From Myxococcota bacterium (GTDB lineage Bacteria > Myxococcota_A > UBA796 > SXON01): 64,000 nt of DNA. The notes beneath the pieces were generated by a model. That model worked only from the letters and a program-made list of their open reading frames with translations. It searched no databases and was not told where the DNA came from. This document shows positions 47,312-56,331 of this stretch, piece after piece. Each line of letters starts with the position of its first letter. Position 1 is the first letter of the stretch. The position numbers and the translations under genes were made by a program. The stretch covers positions 354,186-418,185 of the forward strand of contig JAZKFH010000019.1 in the NCBI GenBank assembly GCA_040386535.1, read 5' to 3'.

Positions 47312-49345
47312 CTACTCCGGCCGATCGAACACACACCGGAAGCCGTGCACGTCCGACACGTCGTCCGGCTCCGCGTGCCGACGAAATGTCGGCCGCAACG
47401 CAGCGGGCACCGACGCGTAGGAGCCCCCGCGGAGCACACGGTGCTCCTCCACGATCCGCCGGAAGAGCTGACGTCGGGTCACGGTGTAGCCGCTCGAAGT
47501 CCACTCCCACACGTTGCCGACCATGTGGCGCGTGCCCCAGGCGCTCTGGCCGTCCGGCAACGAGTCTACGGGCACGGTGTGGTCGAGCCCGCAGTCGCCG
47601 TAGTTCGCGCGCGTGCAGTCAAGCGGCGCGTCGCCCCAGGGCCAGCGACGCTTGTCGGCTTCGAGGTGCCCGCCCGGAGTGCTGCTCGCCGCCACCTCCC
47701 ACTCCTCCTCGGAGGGGAGCCGGCCGCCTTCCCAGGCGCAGTAGGTAGCCGCCTGCTGCCAGGTGACGCCGACCGCGGGGAGCGCGGGGCCGCCGAGCTC
47801 CTGGAAGGGCGCGCCCCCCTTCTTGTCGAGGAAGTAGGGGCTCTCGAGATCCTGCCACGCGAGCGACCCGCACACCCCCGCGCTCACACACTCCAGGTAG
47901 TCCTCGTTGCTCACCTCGGTGCGGTGCACCCGAAAGGCGTCCAGCGTGACGGCGCGCACGGGCCGCTCGTCCGCTTCGCCGTCTCCCCACACGTCGCCGA
48001 TGACGTAGGCGCCGGCGCCGACGTCGACGAGGTCGGCTGCTTCGGGGGCCGCTGTCGAGGCGGCCGGGCGCCCCAACCACGCCATGAGCCCGAGCCCGAT
48101 GATGGGCAGGGCCACGAACACGCCACCTCCGAGCGCCGCGCCGGCGACCACGTTGCGGCGGGCGGGCCCCGACATCGCCCGCACCTGGGCGCGCAGCCCG
48201 ACCCGCTCCACCTCGGCCGCTGACGCCGCGCGGGCGAGCACCAACCGGGACACGATGCCGTCGAGCTCTTCGGCGAGGTCGGCGGCGCGCCAGTAACGGT
48301 TGGGGGGCGACGGGTGGGAGAGGGGAGAGAGGCCACGCGCGAGCAGGTCCGCGACGTCGCGGGCGCAGTCGGCCAGCGCGACCTCCCCGTACCGATGCAC
48401 GTCCGCCAGCTTGCGCACCCCGGTAGCGATGGCCTCACGGTCGGCCTGCTGGATCGCGGCGTGCCCGCGCACATCCACGAGCTCGGCGGCGCGGGTCCCC
48501 TCGCGCGCGGCGAACAGGGAGGTGGTCGCGTCGCGCTGGCTGGCCTCGTCGGCCTCGCCCAGGCCGCACAGCGCGGCCCAGATCGTGCGGCCGCGCTCGG
48601 TCAACATCGGCCACGGATCGGCCTGGTACGCGGGGCGCCCTCCCGTGAGCCACCAGAAGAGCATCACGCAGCAGGCGTAGGTGTCCCAGGTGGGGTTGGG
48701 CTCCGGCAGGCCCGGCAACATCTGGTCGAAGGGGGCCCACATCGGCGAGCCGAACACGCCGAGCTCCATGGAGCCCGGCCCCTCTACGAGCAGGGATCCG
48801 CCGAAGTCCGCGAGCAACAGGCCGCCGTCCCCCCCGACGAGCAGGTTCTCCGGCTTGATGTCCCGGTGGACCACCCGCCCCTCCACGCCCTCCAGCGGCA
48901 GCTCGTGCAGCTCCCCGAGGGCGCGCGCGAGCCCTGCGACGACGCGCAGCAGCGCCTCGATCGCGGTCGCGGGGGTGTGTTCGATGGTGGCGCGCACGTG
49001 CGCGTCGGCGTCCATCGTGGCGACCGGCATCACGAAGCCCGCGCGCCCGTCGTGCGTCACGCGGTCAAGGCACGTGACCGCGTGGGTGAAGCCCGCCGCC
49101 GCCAGGGCATCGAGCAGGTCGGCTTCCTTGGCCACCGCCACGTTCGCCGAGGGCCGGGCGTGCGAGATCTTGATCGCGACGCGCACGCCGTCATCCCGCA
49201 GCGCGGGCCACACCTCGGCTTGTGCGCCGATGCCGAGCGGCGTCGGCCCCGGCAGGTACACGCGCCCGGACGTACCGGTCAGCGCGGGACGCCGGTCGTC
49301 CGCGGCGGAGGGGGTGAAGGCGCCGGGGACGAGGGTTTGTCGCAC
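47312..49345 (-). CDS. Ser/Thr protein kinase - TM - FGE-sulfatase (SUMF1/C-lectin fold) fusion
   Basis: GIGAQAEV, VAIK, HRDIKPEN, DFG; TM; RLPSEEEWEVAA, WPWG, GNVWEW, RVLRGGS, GFRC; GTG start with TAGGTT 5 nt upstream. Confidence 0.9.
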   Translation of the reverse strand: MRQTLVPGAFTPSAADDRRPALTGTSGRVYLPGPTPLGIGAQAEVWPALRDDGVRVAIKISHARPSANVAVAKEADLLDALAAAGFTHAVTCLDRVTHDGRAGFVMPVATMDADAHVRATIEHTPATAIEALLRVVAGLARALGELHELPLEGVEGRVVHRDIKPENLLVGGDGGLLLADFGGSLLVEGPGSMELGVFGSPMWAPFDQMLPGLPEPNPTWDTYACCVMLFWWLTGGRPAYQADPWPMLTERGRTIWAALCGLGEADEASQRDATTSLFAAREGTRAAELVDVRGHAAIQQADREAIATGVRKLADVHRYGEVALADCARDVADLLARGLSPLSHPSPPNRYWRAADLAEELDGIVSRLVLARAASAAEVERVGLRAQVRAMSGPARRNVVAGAALGGGVFVALPIIGLGLMAWLGRPAASTAAPEAADLVDVGAGAYVIGDVWGDGEADERPVRAVTLDAFRVHRTEVSNEDYLECVSAGVCGSLAWQDLESPYFLDKKGGAPFQELGGPALPAVGVTWQQAATYCAWEGGRLPSEEEWEVAASSTPGGHLEADKRRWPWGDAPLDCTRANYGDCGLDHTVPVDSLPDGQSAWGTRHMVGNVWEWTSSGYTVTRRQLFRRIVEEHRVLRGGSYASVPAALRPTFRRHAEPDDVSDVHGFRCVFDRPE

Positions 49346-49413
49346 ACCCCAACCTAATACCCGGCGGGGCGCCGAGGAGCCCAGAAGGAGGGCTTCTCTT
49401 CGCCCGCGAAGCA

Positions 49414-50466
49414 CTACGCCGAGGCCGCGATCTCCTCGACCGGGTCGTGCGGATCGCGCTGCCATCCGCCGCCGCTCTCGTACACGGCCAGGCGCTCGAA
49501 GTACCGCTCGGTGTGCTCCACCGCCTGCTCGATGCTCTGGCTCTGCAGGAACGCGACGCGGAGCGCGCTGCCGTGCGGGAGCCCGTGCGTGAAGTAATTC
49601 GCGATCTTCTTCATCCGCCCCAGCGAGCCGTGGTCGGTCCGGAACGACTCGCGGATCGACTGGAAGTAGCCGAGCAGCACCCGGCGCTTCTCCTCGGCGG
49701 TCACCACCATCGGGGCCTCGCCGCGCATCTGCTGCCCGATCTGCTGGAACACCCACGGGTTCTTCACCGCGCCGCGCCCCACCATCACGCCGTCCACGCC
49801 GGTGTCGTGGAACATGCGGACCGCGCTCTCGTAGTCGAGGATGTCCCCATTGCCGATCACCGGGATGCGGACGCGCTGCTTGGCCTCCGCGATCTTGTCG
49901 ACGGCGCGCGTGCCGCCGTACAGATCCGCGCGCGTGCGCCAATGGATCGTGATCGCCTCGGCGCCCTCTTCCTGGCACATGTGTGCGATGTCGGGCGCGT
50001 TGCGATTCTCCGCGTCGAACCCGCTGCGCATCTTCACCGTCAGCGGGATCTTGATGGCGGCGCGCACGGCGCGCACGATCTGCGTGGCGAGCTCGGGGTT
50101 GCGGAGCAGGGCGGAGCCGCCCGAGTGCGCGCACACCTTCTTCGACGGGCAGCCCATGTTGATGTCGCAGATGTCGGCGCCGCTGTCCTCGATGATCCGG
50201 GCGGCCTCGGCCATCGACTCCGGATCCCGCCCGTAGATCTGCACGGCCACCGGCCGCTCGTCGGGGTCGAACCGCGCCATCTCCTCCATCCGCGAGGATC
50301 CGCGCCGCAGGCCCTCGCTCGCGATGAACTCGGTGACGGTCAGGCCGGTCCCCCCGACCTGGCGCACGAGGCGGCGGAACGTCAGGTCCGTCACGCCCTC
50401 CATCGGCGCGAGCACCAGGTTGGGCTCGATGCGGATGTCGCGGATGAAATAGTGGGAGGGGAGCAC
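49414..50466 (-). CDS. dusB: tRNA-dihydrouridine synthase
   Basis: LAPMEGVTD, QIYG, DINMGCP, GSALL, KMRSG, GNGDI, VMVGRG. Confidence 0.93.
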   Translation of the reverse strand: MLPSHYFIRDIRIEPNLVLAPMEGVTDLTFRRLVRQVGGTGLTVTEFIASEGLRRGSSRMEEMARFDPDERPVAVQIYGRDPESMAEAARIIEDSGADICDINMGCPSKKVCAHSGGSALLRNPELATQIVRAVRAAIKIPLTVKMRSGFDAENRNAPDIAHMCQEEGAEAITIHWRTRADLYGGTRAVDKIAEAKQRVRIPVIGNGDILDYESAVRMFHDTGVDGVMVGRGAVKNPWVFQQIGQQMRGEAPMVVTAEEKRRVLLGYFQSIRESFRTDHGSLGRMKKIANYFTHGLPHGSALRVAFLQSQSIEQAVEHTERYFERLAVYESGGGWQRDPHDPVEEIAASA

Positions 50467-50532
50467 GCGCGCTAAATGCTCCGGGGCGCGCGCGCCGTCA
50501 AGATCGACCGCCACCGCGTTAGCCGGGCCGGC

Positions 50533-51117
50533 ATGTCCACCGAGTCTCCCGCGACGCCTCCACAGCTTCCTCCCAAGGCGGCGTCCGTCACGATCGAAGG
50601 CCAGCCCGACGGCTGGGTGCCGCCCCGCTCCTTCCGCGCGCAGGTCGCCCCCGACGGCACCACCCGCCTCGTCATCAGCGTGCCCCCCGAGGAGCTCGCG
50701 GCCACGCACCTCGCCCTTCTCGGCGTGCTCGGCGGGCCCTGGTCGCTCCGGTACCTCAAGCTCACGAACCGCAAGGTCGGCCAGCTCCCGAAGCCGGAAA
50801 CCTGGGTGCGCATGGACGCCAGACCCGAGGTCGTGCGCGCGGCGCTCGAAGCGCGCCCGGCGCTCGTGTGGCACGACGGCCGCCATCAGCTGTGGATGCG
50901 CGGCGTCTACGGCGACCAGGTCGTGCTCGACGAGCTCGGCGTGCTTTATTGCTATCCCGACGATCCGGCGTTCCGCACCGCGCTCCAGGGCATCCCGGAG
51001 TCCAAGGAGCTCGGCATGGACGGCCGCGACTACGTGCGCGTGACCTTCCTCGCCGAGGCCGACGCGGAAGAGGCGAGCCTGCTCGCCGAGCTCTCGCTGC
51101 AGGAGTGGAAGGGCTGA
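50533..51117 (+). CDS. Hypothetical protein
   Basis: 194-aa ORF with typical GC3 codon bias; WHDGRHQLW, LDELGVLYCY. Confidence 0.65.
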   Translation: MSTESPATPPQLPPKAASVTIEGQPDGWVPPRSFRAQVAPDGTTRLVISVPPEELAATHLALLGVLGGPWSLRYLKLTNRKVGQLPKPETWVRMDARPEVVRAALEARPALVWHDGRHQLWMRGVYGDQVVLDELGVLYCYPDDPAFRTALQGIPESKELGMDGRDYVRVTFLAEADAEEASLLAELSLQEWKG

Positions 51118-51128
51118 TGGATCTGGGC

Positions 51129-51272
51129 GCGACCCTGGCGAAGCGCCAGGGCCGGCGCCCTCCGGGGTCGCGGCAAGGCCGCTCCGTCGCCCGCTACGCG
51201 CGGGCGGACCGGCGCGGGCGGTGAACGTCAGCGCACCGTGGGCCCGCGCGCGGCCCGCGCCGCCCTCCGGTC
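51129..51272. repeat. Multi-hairpin REP/MITE-like element between convergent genes
   Basis: ccctggcg-aag-cgccaggg; gcgaccc/gggtcgc; cgcccgc-tacgc-gcgggcg; ggcgcgggc/gcccgcgcc. Confidence 0.55.
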
Positions 51273-51291
51273 ACCTCGCGCCCCCCCCCCT

Positions 51292-53151
51292 CTATGGCTT
51301 GAGGATCACGGGCGGCTCGATGCCGGCGCACGTCACCACCGCGTCCTTCCCGGTGCTGCACACGAGCGCGAGCCCCGCCGCGGGCACCGCGAGGGTGCCC
51401 TTGAGCGCGGGGCGGCCGACCTGCTTGAGCGTGAGCTCGTAGGTGTCGGCTGGGACGGTGCCTTCGAGCGCCTCCTGGCCGGAGATCAGCACCTTGCCGA
51501 GCACCGTCTGCACGCGGATCCACTGGACGGGCCCACCTTCCATCTTCACCGAGACGGGGGACGTCCCGGCGGCCACCGCGCCGCCCCCACCGCTCGCGGC
51601 GCCAGTCGTCGTGACCGGCGCGGACGCGGGCGGCGCCTGGGTGATCGAGGGCACCGGCTCCATGGCGCCCGGCGCGCGCAGGTACCAGTACATGCCGCCG
51701 ACGCCCAGGAGCCCCGCGCACGCAAAGGCGAACAGGACGAACGCGCCGCCCGCGAGGATCGCCACGTTGTTGTTGCCCTTGCTCTCTTCCTCGACCGCCG
51801 GCGCCCGCCGACGGGTCTGGGCCGCGTGCGACACCTCCACCTGCGGGACGTGGTGGACCGAGGCGGGCGGCACGTGGAACGGCCCGGTCGCGGGCTGCGC
51901 CGTGCTCATGCCGGCGGGGACGCCCGCGTACGTGGGGCGCTCCGCCTCCTCGTCGTTGAAGCTGGCGGGAGAGGCCGCGTTGGGAGCGGAGGCATGGCGG
52001 GGCTGGGCGACCGCGCTCGATGCCACGGGCCTCGGGGCCACCGCGCTCGGGCCGGGCGCGCTCGGGCCCGCGGGGGAGGGGACCGCCGCCGGGCGCACCG
52101 GCGTGATGCTCTCGCCGGACGCGCCGACCTTGCCGGCCGCGGCGTCCGCCGGCGACCAATTCACGATGAAGCGCGTGCCGGCGAGCGCGCCGCCGTTGAG
52201 GCCCCCGCGGATCTGCTTCGCGAGGGGCGCCACGACGGCCTCCGCGAAGGTCTCGAGGGTCTCTCCGGAGGCCTGCTCCGCGAACGCGCGCAGCAGCTTG
52301 GACACCTGCTCGGCGTTCGGGCGCAGCGAGGGCTCGCCGGACAACATCTGGAGCAGCACCTGCCGCAGCGCGATGTCCCACTCGCGGTTCGGCATGCCGA
52401 GCGCGCCGAGGCGGGACACCTCCTCCGCGATGGCCTCGTCGTGCTCCTGCAGATCCATCGAGAGGAGCGGGAGCCACTCGCCCTTGAGGATCTCGAGCAG
52501 CATGAGCCCGAGCGCGTACACGTCGGCCGAGTGCTCGCCGCGGTCGCCCTCGCGGCGCTCCGGCGACATGTACTTGAGGCTGCCGAACCGGAGCGCGCCG
52601 GTCTGCACGGAGCGGAAGGCCTGGCTGGAGCGCGCCGTGCCGAAGTCGAGCACCTTGAGCTCGCCCTCGACGCTCACCATCACGTTCGACGGCTTGATGT
52701 CGCGGTGCACGACGTGCAGCGGCGCGTCCAGGCCGTACGGCACCTTGAAGTAGGCGGCCTCGAGCGCGGAGGCGGCCTCGGCGGTGATCTGGATGGCGGC
52801 GCGCGGAGGGACCTTCTGCCCCTTCTTCGCCAGCGCCTCGACCAGCTGCTTCAGATCCAGCCCGTCGACGAACTCCATGATGATCGCGAGCTGCCCGTCG
52901 ATCTCGGACAGGTCCTCGACACGCAGGATGTTCTTGTGGCGCAGCCGCGCGAGCAGACGCGCCTCGTCACGGGTGCGGTTGATGACTTCGGCCGACTCGT
53001 TCCACTGCTCACGCAAGATCTTGACGGCTACGATCCGCTCGATCCCGCCGGGCGCACGCGCCTCTGCGAGGTACAATCGCGCGAAGGTTCCCGAGGAGAG
53101 CTCGTGGAGCAGGAGAATTTCGAGGTGCCGGCCCCCGGCTTGCGCTTCCAT
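51292..53151 (-). CDS. Membrane Ser/Thr protein kinase with Pro/Ala linker and small C-terminal extracytoplasmic beta domain
   Basis: GTFARLY, VAVK, HRDIKPSN, DFGTAR, KYMSPE, DVYALG; TM VAILAGG...MYWY. Confidence 0.92.
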   Translation of the reverse strand: MEAQAGGRHLEILLLHELSSGTFARLYLAEARAPGGIERIVAVKILREQWNESAEVINRTRDEARLLARLRHKNILRVEDLSEIDGQLAIIMEFVDGLDLKQLVEALAKKGQKVPPRAAIQITAEAASALEAAYFKVPYGLDAPLHVVHRDIKPSNVMVSVEGELKVLDFGTARSSQAFRSVQTGALRFGSLKYMSPERREGDRGEHSADVYALGLMLLEILKGEWLPLLSMDLQEHDEAIAEEVSRLGALGMPNREWDIALRQVLLQMLSGEPSLRPNAEQVSKLLRAFAEQASGETLETFAEAVVAPLAKQIRGGLNGGALAGTRFIVNWSPADAAAGKVGASGESITPVRPAAVPSPAGPSAPGPSAVAPRPVASSAVAQPRHASAPNAASPASFNDEEAERPTYAGVPAGMSTAQPATGPFHVPPASVHHVPQVEVSHAAQTRRRAPAVEEESKGNNNVAILAGGAFVLFAFACAGLLGVGGMYWYLRAPGAMEPVPSITQAPPASAPVTTTGAASGGGGAVAAGTSPVSVKMEGGPVQWIRVQTVLGKVLISGQEALEGTVPADTYELTLKQVGRPALKGTLAVPAAGLALVCSTGKDAVVTCAGIEPPVILKP

Positions 53152-53172
53152 TCGCCCCGACGTTGCGCGGCG

Positions 53173-53181
53173 AGGATAACA
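53173..53181 (-). promoter_or_regulatory. Extended -10 promoter (TGnTATCCT) of the kinase gene
   Basis: Minus strand gtgTGtTATCCTcgccgc, about 21 nt upstream of ATG 53151. Confidence 0.45.
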
Positions 53182-53322
53182 CACGGCCGCGCTCACGCTG
53201 GCCGATCAGTGGAGAGTGGCGGGCCGGGCGCAGCGGAGACGTTGCGGGCGGGCGGAACCTGTGGTTTAACGATGCGGCGCCGACACCCCCCCTGGGTCCG
53301 AACGCCATGGAGTCGCCTTCCG

Positions 53323-54339
53323 ATGTCTGCATTGATCCTCCTGCTCTCCCTGGGTGGATGCCAGATCGTCCAGTCCTTGCTGAACAACCCCGAGGCGGCC
53401 CTGGCCGACGCGGACGCGAAGCTCAAGGCCGGAGATCTCGCGGGCGCGACCGCTGTGTACGAAGAGGCGGTCAAGAAGTCGCCCACCAACGTGGACGTCG
53501 CGTCCGGCGCCGCCTACGCCAAGGTGCTCGGTGGCGACTTCGCCGCGGCGGACGCCTACCTCGCTGCGGCCGAGGCCACTGCCGCCGAGCGCACCAACGA
53601 GGTGAAGCTCCGCCGCGCCTTCGTCGCGATGGAAGCGGGTGACCTCGACAAGGTCAAGGAGTACGCCGCGGGCAGCGCCCTCCCCGCGGGTCAGCTCATC
53701 GCGGGAGAGGCGGAGCTGGCGGACGGCAACCGGGACGCGGCGAAGGCCCTCTTCGAGGCCGCCAAGGCGGACTCGGGCCAGGTCGGCGCCACCGCCACGA
53801 CCTACCTCGAGCTCATGGCGGACGCGAATCCCCTGGTCGCGGGTCTATCGGAAGCACAGGCGCTCTGGGCCCTCGGCCAGCGTCGCATCGCGGTGCGCAG
53901 CGTGGAGGATCTGGTGAAGGCGTACGCCGAGTCTCGCGAAGATGGTGGCGATCAGCTGCTGCTCTGGGCCGGCCGCGCCGCGGCCGTCGGCGAGACCGCC
54001 ATTGCCTACAGCCTGCTCGACTCCATCACCGTGCCCCCGGCCGGCCAGGGTTGGCGCGTCCAGGCCACGCGCGCCATGGCTACCTGCGTCGATGGCGAGG
54101 GCGCGAAGTGCCTCGAGCTGTTCGAGGCGCTCCGCCCCGGCGCCCCGGCCGACGGCTACGTCGACGCGCGCGCCACCGCCGCGCTCGCGATCGCCGAGAC
54201 CGACCCCACGACCGCCAAGGCCCTCGTCGACGGCATGCGGGGTGACGCCGTCGCGCGCGCCTACGCTGCCATCGGCGACAAGGCGGCCGCCTCCGGCGCC
54301 GCGAGCGATCCCGTCCTCAAGTCCCAGTTCGGAGGTTGA
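53323..54339 (+). CDS. TPR-like lipoprotein
   Basis: MSALILLLSLGGC; Ala-rich helical repeats (GDLAGATAVYEEAV..P, GDFAAADAYL, GNRDAAKALFEAA). Confidence 0.75.
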   Translation: MSALILLLSLGGCQIVQSLLNNPEAALADADAKLKAGDLAGATAVYEEAVKKSPTNVDVASGAAYAKVLGGDFAAADAYLAAAEATAAERTNEVKLRRAFVAMEAGDLDKVKEYAAGSALPAGQLIAGEAELADGNRDAAKALFEAAKADSGQVGATATTYLELMADANPLVAGLSEAQALWALGQRRIAVRSVEDLVKAYAESREDGGDQLLLWAGRAAAVGETAIAYSLLDSITVPPAGQGWRVQATRAMATCVDGEGAKCLELFEALRPGAPADGYVDARATAALAIAETDPTTAKALVDGMRGDAVARAYAAIGDKAAASGAASDPVLKSQFGG

Positions 54340-54341
54340 TG

Positions 54342-54818
54342 ATGCGCCTTGCTCCTGCCAATGCAGCCGTGCGGCTGTTCGTGGTGGTCGTGATGCTCCT
54401 GGGGATGTTCGTCCCCGGCGTGGCGCTCGCGGCCAAGCCCCCCAAGGAGTCTGAAGGTGTGCCCGTGCGCGTCATCGTGCTCGATGCCGAGCGCGCGCCC
54501 ATCTCCACCGCCGTCGTCCGCCACCCCCTCGAAGCGGATCGCCACCGGGTCAACTCGGTCGACGGGTCGTGGGAGGCGAGCGTGCTCTACATGCCCGACG
54601 GCAGCGAGCTCCGCTTCACCCCCGGCATGACCCTCGAGCTCGAGATCTCCGCGCCCGGGTTCATGACCCAGGTCTTTCAGTACCAGGTCCGCAAGCGCAA
54701 GAACGTGGTCGAGCTCTCGCTGCCCCGCATCGAGATGGACGACACCACCATCGAAGAGCCGGTCATCAGCTTCGGCCGTGATCTGCCCCGCGAACCTACC
54801 GAAGCCCCGCCGCAGTAG
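54342..54818 (+). CDS. Secreted small beta-sandwich protein (carboxypeptidase-regulatory-like)
   Basis: GGAGG RBS; signal peptide ending ALA; VIVLDAERAPISTAVV, ISAPGF. Confidence 0.65.
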   Translation: MRLAPANAAVRLFVVVVMLLGMFVPGVALAAKPPKESEGVPVRVIVLDAERAPISTAVVRHPLEADRHRVNSVDGSWEASVLYMPDGSELRFTPGMTLELEISAPGFMTQVFQYQVRKRKNVVELSLPRIEMDDTTIEEPVISFGRDLPREPTEAPPQ

Positions 54819-54870
54819 TTCCTCCGCAGTAGTTCCTCCGCAGTGAATCTCCCGCAGTGATCTCTCCGCG
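54810..54870. repeat. 14-bp tandem repeat, 4 copies plus partial
   Basis: ccgcagtagttcct x2, ccgcagtgaatctc, ccgcagtgatctct, ccgcg. Confidence 0.9.
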
Positions 54871-54873
54871 GAA

Positions 54874-56325
54874 ATGATGGAGCCCTCCTCGATGCGCCCC
54901 CCCAAAATGCTTCGGCTGCCCGCCTCTCTCGCTGTGCTCATGGCGCTCTCCCTCCCGGCGTTCGCCGCGAGCTGGTCGAGCTTCGAGAACACCTTCCCCG
55001 CGCTCTCCTGTCAGGACGGCTGGGCCGCCTGCGTGGTGGACGGCGTCGCGAGCGGCCCTGGCGCGTTGAAGGACGCCGCCGGCCGCCCGCTCCCGTCCGA
55101 CGCACGTTTCGGCTGGTTCGACCTGAAGCCGACACAGAACGTGTCGCCCTTCACGTCGCTGTCTGCCTACACCGGCGCCATCGGCGGCGAAGTCGCCCCG
55201 CCGCCGCCCGTCGAGGCCCCGCCGGTCGCCCAGCAGGGTGGCGATGACGGGCAGCCGGTCGCGCAGCAGGGTGGCAACGACACGCCGCCCGAGGTGCGCC
55301 CGGTCACCGGCACGACCGCGTCCACGACCGGATCCGGGAACGGCACGGTGGCTTCCAACAGCGGCTCCGGCAGCACCGGCTCCAACGGCGGCACGGGGAG
55401 CTCGACCACCTCGAGCGGCTCGAACGTGCAGTCGACCGCGATGGCGTCGAACACCACCACGACGTCGACGAGCACGGGCACCATGCGCCCGAACAGCCCG
55501 TCGTCGACGACCACGACCACCACCACGTCGAGCACGCCGACCACCACGCCGGCCACCACCACGAGCTCGATGCGGCCGGGCTCGCCCTCGTCCACCACGA
55601 CCACGACATCGACCACGTCCACGATGGCGCCGACCTCGACCACGGCCCAGACTGTGTCGAGCACCCCGACGACCACCACGACCACCACCTCCGCGGTGGC
55701 GCCGGTCGCTTCGGCTCCGCAGGACGACACCTGCGACGATCTCGTCAAGCTCGAGCCCGCCGCCATGATGGGCCAGCTCCGCGTCGGCCAGAACAAGTGC
55801 CTCGAGGGCCGCGTCGGCTCCGAGGGCCAGCAGACGACAAAGGACAAGATCTCCCGCCTCATGATCACGAACGCCGAGGCGAAGGGCGACAAGACCGACT
55901 GGGAGCGCTTGATGAAGCGCCACCTGGAAGACATCGATCGCTCTGATCCCGACCTGTGCTTCAAGTACGCGCTGCACCTCTCCCGCGGCGGCTCGGGTCG
56001 CGCGCAGGGTGTCATCCGCTGGGCGGACTACGCGCTCGAGAACAAGGCCAAGTGGTCCGGCCAGACCTACAAGACCCGCGTCTTCAGCCTCTACAAGCTG
56101 CGGGCCGAGGCCGCGAACAAGCTCTGGCAGGACGCGGAGAAGGAGTTCGCCGAAGGCGAGCGCTCCGACGACAAGGAAGCCAAGGCCGCGAAGCACCGCG
56201 GGCAGGCCAAGGACTACGCACGCGAGTGGCTCGATTACGCGAAGGCGAGCGCCCAGGACACCAAGACCGCCATGGCGCTCTGTGTGTCCTCCTCGGGCAA
56301 CCGCGCCTTCTGCGAGGGGGGGTAG
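54874..56325 (+). CDS. Secreted protein: small Cys-containing N-domain, long Thr/Ser-rich linker, helical TPR-like C-domain
   Basis: Signal peptide ending AFA; CQDGWAAC; poly-Thr/Ser about 55300-55700; C-terminal CVSSSGNRAFC. Confidence 0.75.
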   Translation: MMEPSSMRPPKMLRLPASLAVLMALSLPAFAASWSSFENTFPALSCQDGWAACVVDGVASGPGALKDAAGRPLPSDARFGWFDLKPTQNVSPFTSLSAYTGAIGGEVAPPPPVEAPPVAQQGGDDGQPVAQQGGNDTPPEVRPVTGTTASTTGSGNGTVASNSGSGSTGSNGGTGSSTTSSGSNVQSTAMASNTTTTSTSTGTMRPNSPSSTTTTTTTSSTPTTTPATTTSSMRPGSPSSTTTTTSTTSTMAPTSTTAQTVSSTPTTTTTTTSAVAPVASAPQDDTCDDLVKLEPAAMMGQLRVGQNKCLEGRVGSEGQQTTKDKISRLMITNAEAKGDKTDWERLMKRHLEDIDRSDPDLCFKYALHLSRGGSGRAQGVIRWADYALENKAKWSGQTYKTRVFSLYKLRAEAANKLWQDAEKEFAEGERSDDKEAKAAKHRGQAKDYAREWLDYAKASAQDTKTAMALCVSSSGNRAFCEGG

Positions 56326-56331
56326 GCCCGT

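Noticed and set aside
47312..48050. FGE/C-lectin domain as a diversity-generating retroelement target
   Set aside because: No reverse transcriptase or template repeat visible in the window
51281..51290. C10 homopolymer as a phase-variation tract
   Set aside because: Intergenic between two 3' ends, so it cannot shift a frame or a promoter spacer
54810..54870. Tandem repeat as a mini-CRISPR array
   Set aside because: 14-bp contiguous units, no spacers, no cas genes
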